Source: a virus
Taxonomy: Duplodnaviria; Caudoviricetes
Virus record (IMG/VR): IMGVR_UViG_3300017788_000995
Location: 1-60,283 of that record
Reading direction: 5' to 3' (one strand)
DNA length: 60,283 nucleotides
Positions 37,789 through 48,197 of this stretch are shown here, one piece after another (positions within the stretch are counted from its first letter, which is position 1; every line of letters starts with the position of its first letter). The notes beneath the pieces were generated by a model. That model was not told the DNA's origin and ran no database searches. It saw only the letters and a list, made by a program, of their open reading frames with translations. The position numbers and the translations under genes are program-made.

Positions 37789-40306
37789 TTGCTTTGCGTT
37801 CGTGACTCCATCCAACAGTTTCCAAGATGGTCTTTAGTGGTTCCAAGAACGCCTTGTCGAACTGCATATCATAGTCGATAAATCGTTCAAGGTCAAGTTC
37901 CTTCGGAAGATAATCGGGGAATGCAATCACATTCTCTCCAAGTGGATTTGGCACACGCAGATGAATATACTTGATCTTGTCATGGTTGGAAATCTGCTTG
38001 TATTTACGGGTGAGTTTGCGATTCTTCAGCGCCTGATTCCAGACCAACGATGCTCGCACTTGCAGAGGAGTACACTTTTTGTACACCGATGCTGAGTCTG
38101 CGTACTTGTCCATTCCCTTCACTCCGCGAGGAAAGGCGATTGATTGCGGAGGCATACCATTGAACTCTGCGCGGAACGATTCAATGTGCTGAATCACTGT
38201 TTCCTGATCTGTGGTGAGAATCAGATTGATGGCTTTGGTCAAGGCATCACGCACCACCTGTGGTGTAGAAGAACGAGTGGTTTCGATGCCCATGATCTTG
38301 AGAGCAGGCTTGGCGTATCGCACACCCTCAGAGTCATGCACATTCAGAATGTACCGCTTCTTGGCAGTCCAAATGCCTGAGTCAGCGATCACCTCGCGCT
38401 TCATCACCATCTTGTTGGCGTAAGCATTCATGTACTTCGCCAACTCATCGTACTGCGCTTCAATGTACGGTTCGATCTTGTCTTCCACGCACTTGTGCAA
38501 GAAGTTCACGATCTTGGTGGTGTCGGTGCCATTTGGGAACACACGCTTCACAAGCGCACCCATGCGAAGGTATATGGAGTCTGTGTCTGAGGCAACCACA
38601 TAGTCTACACCTGTGGTCTTCAGCAATTCATTCATGTACTTGTTCAGCGCATTCTCAATCCATCTGATGCTAAGTTGTCCCGAAAGAGTGATTGCTTCTG
38701 CTTGCCTGATATCGAAGAATCGGAAGTATTCGTTACCTAGAGCGCCGTAAGCGGAGTTCAGCGCAATCTTCAAAGCCATCTGTTTGGTAGAGTGGTATGC
38801 AATCTGATTGTCGCACTCGCGTTTCTGCTTGGGATCGGTTAGCGTTTCCTTGTGCTTCTTGGCGTGGATCATGGCGGTCTTTGCTGCCTTGCGATCCTCA
38901 TACATTCGATCCATGAGTGCAGGCAAGAATCCCTGCCGATCCTTGCGGAAGCATTGACCGTTCGCAGCCATTGCAACTCCAAGTCCAGGCAGATGCGTTG
39001 TGTCCACCTTGTGGTGCAGCAGATCATCCACCGTGTTTCCTTTGCCCATTCCAATGCGATCCACGATGGTGTCAGGAGAGATGTTGTACTGCATAATGAG
39101 GTGTGGGTATAGCGAGTTCAAGTCAAGCGATACCACCCAATCATGGCGACCAAACAACGGTTCCTTCACATAAGCGCCAGCGTACTGGAAGTCCTTGCGC
39201 GAGTCCTTCTTCATGGGAATCACGGTATTGTGATCCATGAGGTACGAATGAATCAGACAGTCCCATGTACGAACCTGCGAGAACACATCTTCGTAGTTGC
39301 ACTTGGCAAGATACGCAATCGACAGTTGCAGTTCGATGAGTTTCAGTTTGTCGTCCAGGCGCCGAACAAGCGCAACATCCTTGATGTTGTACTCCACGAA
39401 TCGCTTGAAGTTCTGCTTGTAGAAGTCAGTCATGTTGCCGTACTCCTCGTAGGACAACTTGCGCTCGTCCAGTTCCACAAACGCGATATGGTCAAGTTTG
39501 TAACTCTCTTGATTGGTGAAGGTGTACTGCTTGTACAACTCAAAGTAGTCTAGTGACGAGATGCCCACCAGTTCATAGCACACAGTCTCACGCTGCTTGA
39601 TGACCACGCGTTTCTCTTTGATCTTGCGCCAAGGAGACAATCTAACCACCTCTCGGTCGCCCAACACACGCACAATGCGATTGTGTAGATAAGGCAGGTC
39701 AAAGAAGCGAGTGTTCCATCCCGTGATTACATCAGGAGGATTCTGTTCCCAATGCTCCAAGAACGATTCAAGCAAGTCTTCCTCTCGCTTGAATGTGTGC
39801 AGTTCTACGGGAGCATCCGCGTCCAAGTCTCCCGCGATATCACCCAATGCCCAACAATGGTAGCGATCCTTGCGCCAGAGCGTGATGACATTGATCTGCT
39901 CGTTTGGGTCTTCGGGAATTGGAAAGCCTGACTCGCAAGTGGTTTCAATGTCAATCACGGTCACATCAATATGATCGATAGACCACGCGATATCTTTCTT
40001 CCAATGCTGGCGAGTATAGTCATAGGCAAACTGATACTGGTACTGAGTGTTACCGTAAATCTCGAATCCTTGCACGCCTTGGTACTGATCCAAGAACTCT
40101 TTGCAATCACGCATGGTTCCAGGCATCACAGGTTCCACTCGCTTACTATTCACCGTGCTATGCTTGGTGTTTGGTTTGTTGGAAGGCACCCACAGCGTGG
40201 GTTGGTATTCTATTGCCTCGTTAAAGCGCAATCCTGTTGCGGAGTCTACCCCGCGCAACAGGATGCGATTGCCAAGCAGCGAAATGTTGGTGTAGTATTT
40301 GCTCAT
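37766..40306 (-). CDS. gp43: Family B DNA polymerase
   Basis: DIET (Exo I), DLNSLYP, KIALNSAYG, SDTDS, KKRY; C-terminal TLEGLFG clamp-binding tail. Confidence 0.97.
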   Translation of the reverse strand: MSKYYTNISLLGNRILLRGVDSATGLRFNEAIEYQPTLWVPSNKPNTKHSTVNSKRVEPVMPGTMRDCKEFLDQYQGVQGFEIYGNTQYQYQFAYDYTRQHWKKDIAWSIDHIDVTVIDIETTCESGFPIPEDPNEQINVITLWRKDRYHCWALGDIAGDLDADAPVELHTFKREEDLLESFLEHWEQNPPDVITGWNTRFFDLPYLHNRIVRVLGDREVVRLSPWRKIKEKRVVIKQRETVCYELVGISSLDYFELYKQYTFTNQESYKLDHIAFVELDERKLSYEEYGNMTDFYKQNFKRFVEYNIKDVALVRRLDDKLKLIELQLSIAYLAKCNYEDVFSQVRTWDCLIHSYLMDHNTVIPMKKDSRKDFQYAGAYVKEPLFGRHDWVVSLDLNSLYPHLIMQYNISPDTIVDRIGMGKGNTVDDLLHHKVDTTHLPGLGVAMAANGQCFRKDRQGFLPALMDRMYEDRKAAKTAMIHAKKHKETLTDPKQKRECDNQIAYHSTKQMALKIALNSAYGALGNEYFRFFDIRQAEAITLSGQLSIRWIENALNKYMNELLKTTGVDYVVASDTDSIYLRMGALVKRVFPNGTDTTKIVNFLHKCVEDKIEPYIEAQYDELAKYMNAYANKMVMKREVIADSGIWTAKKRYILNVHDSEGVRYAKPALKIMGIETTRSSTPQVVRDALTKAINLILTTDQETVIQHIESFRAEFNGMPPQSIAFPRGVKGMDKYADSASVYKKCTPLQVRASLVWNQALKNRKLTRKYKQISNHDKIKYIHLRVPNPLGENVIAFPDYLPKELDLERFIDYDMQFDKAFLEPLKTILETVGWSHERKATLEGLFG

Positions 40307-40343
40307 GGTTCATAAGCATAGCACATATTCAGCACTATGCAAG

Positions 40344-41075
40344 TCACTTCATATTTTGTTTTACCCGTTTCCAATACTCAAGGGTTTCAGACTTGCGGTG
40401 TCCTTGTGGCCCTCCATTATGGATACGGGCAAGAGTTTCATCTGACGCCCCGCTTGGAGCGTATCGTGCCATATACAGCAACACAATCTTTTTGGCGTAA
40501 ACTGGATTCCAACAATCTTCATATCGTCCTCCGATGAAACTTGGGATACCTTTGCATCTATCACATTGTTCAACAAACCGTTTGTTCATGTCTCGAATGC
40601 AACCACATCCCCGCCGCTGCGTTTCTCTGTAATCGTAATCTACAGCATCCTTCCAGTATGCCCAATGAATCTGAAATATACCAATTGCTTTGCCGTCATC
40701 TCCAACTGCATTGGGATCGTTGTCAGATTCAACCTTGGCAATGGCACGAAGCAACTCCTCCGATGGCACAGATATTTGTTTTGGATATTTGCGCCAGGTA
40801 TTGTGCATTACCCCCGCGCTCAAATGGTTTGGATCCTTCTTGCAACCATTGAATGGCGGCACAGGACAGCGGGGCGGAAGTGACCGCCACTCCCAAAGTG
40901 TCGGATGCTCGCTACTACTTTCGCTATTACTAGCGGAGTTACACAGGGTACAGCAATTGCATCCGCTGCCAATAGCCTCAAAGAGTGGGCATACGAGAGC
41001 AACAGAGGGTGCAGACCAAGAAACGAAAACAACGGCAAACAGGGAAACTGATGCAAAGAAAAGTTGGCGAATCAT
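40344..41075 (-). CDS. Secreted lysozyme-like protein (i-type/destabilase-like) with a Cys-rich N-terminal region
   Basis: AIAKVES...G.FQI...YW.DA and ARIHNGGP.G.....T..YW.RV; signal peptide. Confidence 0.8.
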   Translation of the reverse strand: MIRQLFFASVSLFAVVFVSWSAPSVALVCPLFEAIGSGCNCCTLCNSASNSESSSEHPTLWEWRSLPPRCPVPPFNGCKKDPNHLSAGVMHNTWRKYPKQISVPSEELLRAIAKVESDNDPNAVGDDGKAIGIFQIHWAYWKDAVDYDYRETQRRGCGCIRDMNKRFVEQCDRCKGIPSFIGGRYEDCWNPVYAKKIVLLYMARYAPSGASDETLARIHNGGPQGHRKSETLEYWKRVKQNMK

Positions 41076-41081
41076 GCGCTT

Positions 41082-41109
41082 ATTATATCATCGATCCAAG
41101 ATCAGTCAA
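41082..41109 (-). promoter_or_regulatory. Sigma70-like promoter TTGACT-N16-TATAAT, probably leaderless
   Basis: The -10 box is 6 nt upstream of ATG 41075; no RBS. Confidence 0.7.
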
Positions 41110-41143
41110 GCCAGTTAGTAGATTCTTTATAAACCAGGCATAC

Positions 41144-42184
41144 TCAGTCCTTCGATTCTACCATTCTCTGTAGAAAATCTGCAACTCTACGCATACTCAA
41201 CTGTTCGGGAAGACGGTTATCAACAAATATAGGCTCTTCTATCATCTTACGGCGGATAGATTCATCTGTGTCTATTGATGCGATTCTACTGCGAACTGCA
41301 CCCCAATCTATTGTCATCCAGTTTCCTACTTCGGATTCGTAATCATGGAGATTGATAAACGCCTTTGGATTCCATCCAAACTCAAGTATCTTTGGATTTC
41401 CCCAAAAGATAGGAATAGTTCCAGCGCAAAATGCGTGAGCAATCTTTTCTACTATCAAATGTGGAACGCAAACAAACTGAATTGCCAAAGAAAACTTGTA
41501 ATTGGACTCGAATAGTATTTTTTGGCGTATTGATATGCCGTCTGGTCTATTTCGATAAATTTGCTTGAAAGCATCCCTATTCACTCCACTTTCACTTTCG
41601 TTGATGTTATTTGCAAATCCACCGGCTCCGTCTATTTGTTTGTACTTGCACAATTCTTCATATGCAGCAATTCTATGCGGAGGTTTAGACGCCTGAACTA
41701 CAGAACAAAATCTAACATTTCTTTTGGATATCAACTCGTAGTCTCTACTCAAAAGCCATTGCGTTGGTTCGTCCGTTATCATTGCTTCATCGTATATTGC
41801 CCAAATATCCTGAGCAACTGATGCTTGTTGTAAATAGCGAGAATGCTCAACTGGAGCATTACAAATTCCCCACATATTTGGTAGTCTTACAGATCCAATA
41901 CAATCAGCCCATTCTCCACTATAGAATAGGAACTTCTTTGATGGATGAGTCGCGGGATCATATGATATTTGTGGAGTAGGAATTCCCAGTTCCATAGTCA
42001 ACCAAGAATCTGGCTCAGATCCATGATAGAGCGAAGAATGTATCACTATATCAGGATCATACGGGTCTACAATAACATTATAATGCATCCCTAAGCATCG
42101 TTTGAAGTATGACAATACATAGTTCATACAACTTGAAGCGAACCCCTGTCTAGTGATTTTGATTGTATTGGTTATTGGTTTCAT
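41144..42184 (-). CDS. Alpha-1,3-fucosyltransferase-like protein (GT10)
   Basis: FCS.V, YKFSLA....EKI..AF.AGTIPIFWG, NPKAFIN. Confidence 0.85.
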   Translation of the reverse strand: MKPITNTIKITRQGFASSCMNYVLSYFKRCLGMHYNVIVDPYDPDIVIHSSLYHGSEPDSWLTMELGIPTPQISYDPATHPSKKFLFYSGEWADCIGSVRLPNMWGICNAPVEHSRYLQQASVAQDIWAIYDEAMITDEPTQWLLSRDYELISKRNVRFCSVVQASKPPHRIAAYEELCKYKQIDGAGGFANNINESESGVNRDAFKQIYRNRPDGISIRQKILFESNYKFSLAIQFVCVPHLIVEKIAHAFCAGTIPIFWGNPKILEFGWNPKAFINLHDYESEVGNWMTIDWGAVRSRIASIDTDESIRRKMIEEPIFVDNRLPEQLSMRRVADFLQRMVESKD

Positions 42185-42207
42185 AAATTGTTCTCCTATT
42201 ACTGAAT

Positions 42208-42939
42208 TTACAGATCAAGTGGGAGCGAGTTGCAAGCATCAGTTAGTTTGATGGTTTCGTTTCCCCAAGGTCCATTGTCGTGAACAATAAACGCTGACGA
42301 TTGTATTCCTATTGGAATATCTTTCTCAACAAGAGTTTTATGCTTGGACAGATGTGTGCTGAAAAACAATCTCTGTTCTGCATCTAATACGATGTCTGCT
42401 TTTTTCAAAAGATACAAATTCGTCCATATTGCTTGATCGTCATATGGTGTCATCAGAAATTCATTATTTACTGCCTCTTCAAGAGCAGAAATAATAGATT
42501 TGGTTTTTCCTATCATGCAACCTGAGTTTAAATAACGATACTCGCTATCTGTAGGAGAAGAATTGTACAGGTGACTATATGGTGTTGGTGGCCACATTCC
42601 TTTTTCGGCACACATCACTATGTCACAGTTGAAAGAAAGATACTCTCTCAATAATCCATCCGCTCTTCTCAGAAAATTAGTATCCAATGCGTCTAGAAAA
42701 AGAGTATATTCGTACTTATGTAATACCGATTTCAAATACTCTAAGTGTTTATTAATTTTGAACCACGCCAGTTTAGAGTATAAACTAACTTCTCCATTGG
42801 GAGGAGGAGATGCAGCAGTATCGTATCTCTGAACATGAATGTCTTCGGGTAAGATACCACCCGCAGCACATCTTTCATAGAAAGTAGGCTGATAATACGA
42901 TGGATAATCGAAAAGAACAGTTGTTACAAGTAGACTCAT
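42208..42939 (-). CDS. PLOD-like (lysyl hydroxylase GT domain) glycosyltransferase
   Basis: LFLDALD, AEKGMWP, RYLNSG.MIG, DDQ, LD..QRLF, HDNG. Confidence 0.78.
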   Translation of the reverse strand: MSLLVTTVLFDYPSYYQPTFYERCAAGGILPEDIHVQRYDTAASPPPNGEVSLYSKLAWFKINKHLEYLKSVLHKYEYTLFLDALDTNFLRRADGLLREYLSFNCDIVMCAEKGMWPPTPYSHLYNSSPTDSEYRYLNSGCMIGKTKSIISALEEAVNNEFLMTPYDDQAIWTNLYLLKKADIVLDAEQRLFFSTHLSKHKTLVEKDIPIGIQSSAFIVHDNGPWGNETIKLTDACNSLPLDL

Positions 42940-42941
42940 GG

Positions 42942-43712
42942 TTAAAACTTCAATAGTGATGTTTCTCTATACTTTGGAAGGAACTCATAGTAGTTATTCA
43001 TAATTCCTAAAGGGATTAGAGCAGTCTTCATCTTTGCTACTACTGTAGACATACCAATCTCTACTCCCTCTGCAAATGTCCATATGTTTTCTTGCTGAGA
43101 TTTTGTGTATAGCATATTCCAGTATTCGCAGAAAGCACCAAGTTTTTGATTGTTCGCAAATACCATATACTGTTCGTTGCATACATGGGCATTATCAAAC
43201 TCAGAAGTATTCATCAATCCATAGGCATCAATTTTATGCTTCCAAAAACATCCCGAAGGGTTATGTTTTCCTGATCCTATTTCATGTGGGCGCTCAAACA
43301 GAAAATCAACTTCCATTTCTGACATCTGCTGTAGAACTCTCAAAACACCATCTTCCGAATACTCGGATCTAACTTTCCAATCTGCGTCGCAAAAGATGAT
43401 ATAGTCTGCATCTATGATGTTGTGTGTTTTTGCTATAGGTCTGTGCTTTATATTGTAGTTGAATCCAAATTCATTGAATGCACCTCTAGAGTCGAATCCA
43501 GGCGGAGCATTGAATGCATCATCGTCTGACTCCAATAGATCAAATGTGATTTTTGGAGATGTGTTAGTTATACTAGAAAATGCAGATGGATTTGTAGTAA
43601 TCACAGAACCATGACAGTTTGGATACGAAACAACTTTCGTATGAAACTCTATTGCTTGTTTCAAATACGATTCACCTACTGCAACAGTACAATATGCATA
43701 AGATGGAATCAA
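42942..43712 (-). CDS. Putative GT-A glycosyltransferase
   Basis: TVAVG..Y, IIFCDAD (DxD), EG.EIG; lies within the GT cluster. Confidence 0.55.
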   Translation of the reverse strand: MIPSYAYCTVAVGESYLKQAIEFHTKVVSYPNCHGSVITTNPSAFSSITNTSPKITFDLLESDDDAFNAPPGFDSRGAFNEFGFNYNIKHRPIAKTHNIIDADYIIFCDADWKVRSEYSEDGVLRVLQQMSEMEVDFLFERPHEIGSGKHNPSGCFWKHKIDAYGLMNTSEFDNAHVCNEQYMVFANNQKLGAFCEYWNMLYTKSQQENIWTFAEGVEIGMSTVVAKMKTALIPLGIMNNYYEFLPKYRETSLLKF

Positions 43713-44362
43713 GATATCTTTCTCCTACACACCCAAACAGCCTTGCTAAACTGTTCGTCCATAAAAGGAACCAATCCATTATTAGAGCAAGTATCGTATA
43801 TATTATCATCAGTTATCTCACACCAGTTCCACAAAACCCCACGAATGGTTTGCTCAAATACATCTTTGCTTGAAGCATAATCATGTGCCATGATAATGTC
43901 TCCTACCTTTAGATGTGGTGCAATTTCTTTGAACTCTTCTACCTTTGCTCCACCATCACAAAGAACAATAGAAACACCATCCTGTCTAACAAATGAAATA
44001 GCATCTTCTATGATACCATCTCTAACATTATGGTCGTTTTTCCAAATACTCTGAGTTCTAAAATCTGCAATTCCCTGCTTTTGTAGATCATCAAACCACT
44101 CTCTTCTGTAAATGTCATAGGTAAGAATCTCTATTGGGATGAAATTGTCATCTGCTACAGTTTTGAGGAACCATGTAAATCCTCCTAGTGCAGTTCCAAT
44201 TTCGAGAATTCTTTTAGGTCTAACTACAGATAGCAATTCTGCAAAAGCATACGGTGCATAATGATTTTGCTGCGCCGCGTGCCCGTTTATAGTTATCAAT
44301 CCCTGATTGTTTTTGAGATCAGGAGGAATAATAGTATACTTGTCTAGGTTTGATTGTGTCAT
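43709..44362 (-). CDS. Class I SAM-dependent methyltransferase (CmcI-like, probable sugar O-MTase)
   Basis: RPKRILEIGT..GG, CDGG, L..GD....HD. Confidence 0.8.
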   Translation of the reverse strand: MTQSNLDKYTIIPPDLKNNQGLITINGHAAQQNHYAPYAFAELLSVVRPKRILEIGTALGGFTWFLKTVADDNFIPIEILTYDIYRREWFDDLQKQGIADFRTQSIWKNDHNVRDGIIEDAISFVRQDGVSIVLCDGGAKVEEFKEIAPHLKVGDIIMAHDYASSKDVFEQTIRGVLWNWCEITDDNIYDTCSNNGLVPFMDEQFSKAVWVCRRKIS

Positions 44363-45990
44363 CCTGCATTTTCCTTTCGATGCGATCCATCATAATGAAA
44401 TGCTCGGTTGTGGTTGATAGGACTGGCTAGCAGACATCCTGCTTTGATCTTTCCTTCTGATATCTGCTGATGCACATGACTCATCCATGTTTGCTCATAT
44501 GGATGCGCCCATTTGGTGTCTAGGAATACTTTGCGACTACCTGCTTTATTGAACATCACAGGCCAGTTGCAGTAGTGAAATTCTCCTACTGCATACGAAA
44601 GTCCATCAACAGACCCCGTATGAGTTATCTTGGTTCTGTTGCACACACCCTTGATCTGTGATCCTGGAAAGTACTGCTCTTTCTTATCAGATGGAAGATT
44701 GTGCCAAGACCAATTCAAATGGTTATCGCCAAAGAATTCCGTAAAGGATAGTTTCAGGTAGTCAAGAGATTCCTTTTCCATGATACTCATGCATTTCTGA
44801 AACAGTCTTGGATCGTATCGTATCAATCCATTCTTACAAGGTTCTTCGTCTTTGCCACAAAGCATCATATCGTCTTCAAAGAACACCATGTATTCGTGGT
44901 CAGATTCATCAAACATCTCAGCGCACAGTTGTCTAGCACCACATATTCCTAGATTCTCTGGCTTTCTTATCTCTTGAAATGAATGCTTTTTGCAAAGAGC
45001 AGCGAACTCACCGTCAGTTGATAGGTCTGTTGAATTGTTGATTACATACTTGGAAGAGTATTTGAAAACTGAGTCGTGGTTGCGAGTAGAATCTAACCAA
45101 AGCCTGTATTGTGCAGGGATATTAAAGCACACAGAGTATACACCAAGTTTGCTATTGTTTGTTCTTTCTCTTGGCTTGCTAAGAATCTTCTCTATCCACG
45201 GAGCAATCAATCCGTTTGCTCCAATCATCTGATAGTTGCACAGATCAGGGTAGTTGTAAGTGAGCAATGTAAAAATGCTCTCTTCAGTACCCATCAGTCT
45301 TTTACTCAAACTGTCTGCAAGATATGCGTAGTAGTGATTGTTGAGTTTGTTTATCGTATCTTTAGTTCCGCCGAACAGTCCTCCTCGTGCAACTCTATTT
45401 ACATTCACTCCGCGAGCAAACTCATTCATCTTAGAGGCAACAAATCCGTGGATTTCTCCTTCTGCATCGTATGGAAAACACAAAAACAAGGCAGCATCTT
45501 CCATGTACTTGACTACTTCGGATTCAAACCTCGCACCAAGCAGTCCATCCCATACGGTGTTGCTTATACCTCCGTCTAACCACAAGAAATACTTGGTGTT
45601 GTGCGGATTAATTAGTGTCGTATCATTCAACCAAAAGAACTTCGACATTACAAGCGGATTGTATAACTCCAATCTCGCTTGCGTACTTTCTTCTAGCCAA
45701 GACTTTTGCGTGAACCACGCAGGATCAGTTCTGATAGACTGAATCTGATCGTAGAATGGCATCTTTCTCAGGTCATCTGCACTAACATGGCGTATGGTAG
45801 TATTCGATCTATCGCGGTATTGCCAGACAAAATCCTCCAAATCAGGACTTATGAAAAGCACCATTGGGCATTTCACCGCAGTCAGCAGTTTGGAAAAGCA
45901 TTCCTTGTAGTGATCGAACGAGCGAGAAAAAGAAGTTCCTATTTCTCCTCTACCAATGTTGACAAGGCCACTAACAATAGTCAATGACAT
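44359..45990 (-). CDS. HtrL/YibB-like glycosyltransferase fused to a GT2-like domain
   Basis: TIVSGL.NIGR, YN.LVMSK, WLDGG, GG.FGG, TEE; second domain with FFEDD. Confidence 0.75.
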   Translation of the reverse strand: MSLTIVSGLVNIGRGEIGTSFSRSFDHYKECFSKLLTAVKCPMVLFISPDLEDFVWQYRDRSNTTIRHVSADDLRKMPFYDQIQSIRTDPAWFTQKSWLEESTQARLELYNPLVMSKFFWLNDTTLINPHNTKYFLWLDGGISNTVWDGLLGARFESEVVKYMEDAALFLCFPYDAEGEIHGFVASKMNEFARGVNVNRVARGGLFGGTKDTINKLNNHYYAYLADSLSKRLMGTEESIFTLLTYNYPDLCNYQMIGANGLIAPWIEKILSKPRERTNNSKLGVYSVCFNIPAQYRLWLDSTRNHDSVFKYSSKYVINNSTDLSTDGEFAALCKKHSFQEIRKPENLGICGARQLCAEMFDESDHEYMVFFEDDMMLCGKDEEPCKNGLIRYDPRLFQKCMSIMEKESLDYLKLSFTEFFGDNHLNWSWHNLPSDKKEQYFPGSQIKGVCNRTKITHTGSVDGLSYAVGEFHYCNWPVMFNKAGSRKVFLDTKWAHPYEQTWMSHVHQQISEGKIKAGCLLASPINHNRAFHYDGSHRKENAG

Positions 45991-46005
45991 GGTATCTCCA
46001 ATGCA

Positions 46006-47334
46006 TCAATACCCGATGCTTACTGGCTGTTCGATTCTGTTTAACCAACCCTTGCTCTTGCTGTGAGGCCATATCACAAACTTGCTTGGAGCAGAATCCA
46101 TCTTTGCAGTAAACACAACTGCAAGTCTTGAATATCCTTCTCTCAACTCGTCGTTCGGTTTGATTGATCTGTTCCACATCAGAGGTCTAGTATCTGGCTT
46201 AAAGTCTTCTCTCCACAGAGTATCATTTGCGTCATTGTGAATCGCGCATACCACAAAATCAAGATCATCTGCCTGATGGAAGTTCTTGGGTTCCCATGTC
46301 AGCAAAGTAGCAAACCTACCCTCACCGTCAGGCAGTGTTTCTGCTCTTCGCTTAAAGTCTAATTTGGAATATGCTTCGTACTCTGCCAAGGTTCTGACAG
46401 TTCCGATTCCGTACTTTCCAAACACAATGTTCGGATCTGTCTCCATCTCAAACAGCACTCGATTTCGATGGTGACAGATGTTGTTGCGCTCTACCCAGTT
46501 CATACCATCTACAAGTTTATTCTTGTTTTGATCGGTATGATCTACCCAATGCTTATGAGTTCTATACTCGCGGGTATACTCGTGCCAAACAACATTTCGG
46601 TGCGGGGAAAACAGATCATAACCGTGCGTGAAAGAACGCATTGCAAGAGAAATCTCTTCTCCGTGGAAGTAATAGTTTGGATCGTGGGGAACTTCTCGTA
46701 CCATGTCTCCGATGGTGAAGGCAAAGTGAGCAGAGAAAAATCTACACGGTACGGGAGAAGTCAACTCCGCAAAGCCTTTTCCATTTCCTGCCCAGAAGTT
46801 AGTACCGTCAATGTAGTGTGGTTTGAAGAATACGCATCCTTCGGGGGTAAAACGGTCAAACTCCAAGTACAAAGCATGATTCGTTTCTAGCAGATCGTCA
46901 TGCTGCCTACCGCGATGCTTTTCGGGATTGAATGGTGTTGCATAAGCGGTGAGAATGGGTTTCTTGTGTCCCTTGGCTTGCAAGTCTTTGATCCAACCGA
47001 TCAAAGTCTCGTCCCAATCTTGTGCAAATCTGTGGTGAGAATCCAGTTGTATAGTGTACTCTTCTCCTCCATACAACTGCTCTTGGATAGAGTTACGCGC
47101 CCAACACGCTCCTCTGCTTTGATGCCACGGCACATCAATGATCTTGAAGCGAGGATCGTTCTTGAACTCTTGCAGTTCAGCGTCCCACGGGTCATTTGGT
47201 TCATGCTGCCAGCAGATTCCAAAGCGCAACCGCTCAGGATGTTTGGCCTTGTCTAAGCAATCCTTAATGGTGGGAACCAGTTCAGGATCACGGTATGCTG
47301 CAATCTGAAGGAAAATGCGTTCATCGCTTGCCAT
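46006..47334 (-). CDS. GT60-like polypeptide/hydroxyproline alpha-GlcNAc transferase (Skp1 Gnt1 family)
   Basis: IFLQIAAYRDPE, RG.CWAR, QLDSH.RF..WD, AHFAF, VPHDP...F.GEE...R..THGYD..P....WH.Y. Confidence 0.85.
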   Translation of the reverse strand: MASDERIFLQIAAYRDPELVPTIKDCLDKAKHPERLRFGICWQHEPNDPWDAELQEFKNDPRFKIIDVPWHQSRGACWARNSIQEQLYGGEEYTIQLDSHHRFAQDWDETLIGWIKDLQAKGHKKPILTAYATPFNPEKHRGRQHDDLLETNHALYLEFDRFTPEGCVFFKPHYIDGTNFWAGNGKGFAELTSPVPCRFFSAHFAFTIGDMVREVPHDPNYYFHGEEISLAMRSFTHGYDLFSPHRNVVWHEYTREYRTHKHWVDHTDQNKNKLVDGMNWVERNNICHHRNRVLFEMETDPNIVFGKYGIGTVRTLAEYEAYSKLDFKRRAETLPDGEGRFATLLTWEPKNFHQADDLDFVVCAIHNDANDTLWREDFKPDTRPLMWNRSIKPNDELREGYSRLAVVFTAKMDSAPSKFVIWPHSKSKGWLNRIEQPVSIGY

Positions 47335-47656
47335 TCTGTACTCTCTCTTTCTCTTTCAAGTAAGCACTCAACAGAACCATGTAGTTGATTACATCAACAC
47401 AAGTATCCATAAAACTCTCATTGGAAACATGAAGTTTGCCAGACTCAACAAACGAACTGAGTCTACTCATCTTGTCTGTAAGACGAACCAAGAACCCCTG
47501 CTCGGTGGAGCAGATGCCCATTGATTCTACTCTTGTAAAGTTTGCGAACGGTTCTAGACCGTCATTGCCTGCGTAGTCTCGGTTCTTCGCATCCATAAGG
47601 GTGCGGCCGCTATCACAGATTTCTTTGTGCCATGCCAATAGTTCATCACGGGTCAT
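47321..47656 (-). CDS. DUF1599 / nucleotide-modification-associated domain protein
   Basis: KN.DY....ANF...G..VRL.DK..RL....ES..DT..D..NY. Confidence 0.75.
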   Translation of the reverse strand: MTRDELLAWHKEICDSGRTLMDAKNRDYAGNDGLEPFANFTRVESMGICSTEQGFLVRLTDKMSRLSSFVESGKLHVSNESFMDTCVDVINYMVLLSAYLKEKERVQNGKR

Positions 47657-47662
47657 AATGTA

Positions 47663-48187
47663 TTACACTCCTGTTGATCCGAACCCACCTTTACGATCCG
47701 TGGTTTGTTCGGGTCTAGTATGTATCTCTTCAATCGGAAATCGCAGAACTGGAACCCATTCGCCCTGACATATTTTTTCTCCGTGTTTGATGGATACCAC
47801 CGAAGTGGAGGCATTCTTGACCATCAAAAACAACTCATCGAAATAGTCAGAGTCGATGATTCCTTCTCCATTTGGAAGGTACAATCCTCGCTTCATAGCG
47901 ATCCCTGATCGAATATGGGTACGAAGCGAGTATCCGTGTGGTATCTTGGCAATAAGTCCAGTAGGAATCAATGCAAGATAGCCAGGCCTCAAATTGAAAC
48001 TGAAACTCTTCTCGTATGGATCGGGGTATTCAGGATGTACGGTCAGAATATCAGTAACAACCTTGATACTTCTGGCGATTCCTTGTTCGTCCATGAGATG
48101 AGTAGCAATGTCAAAGCAAGCAGATTCATCTGTTCCGTATGATGGAACGATTGCGTTTTGAAACAACTTGTAAAATCCAAATGTCAT
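47663..48187 (-). CDS. dut: Trimeric dUTPase
   Basis: SACFD, PTG, RSG, GIIDSDY, RKGGFGSTG. Confidence 0.95.
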   Translation of the reverse strand: MTFGFYKLFQNAIVPSYGTDESACFDIATHLMDEQGIARSIKVVTDILTVHPEYPDPYEKSFSFNLRPGYLALIPTGLIAKIPHGYSLRTHIRSGIAMKRGLYLPNGEGIIDSDYFDELFLMVKNASTSVVSIKHGEKICQGEWVPVLRFPIEEIHTRPEQTTDRKGGFGSTGV

Positions 48188-48197
48188 TATGTAACTC

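Noticed and set aside
27994-40306. Introns or inteins in nrdJ, gp41, uvsX or gp43
   Set aside because: All frames are continuous, of normal length and lack splicing motifs.
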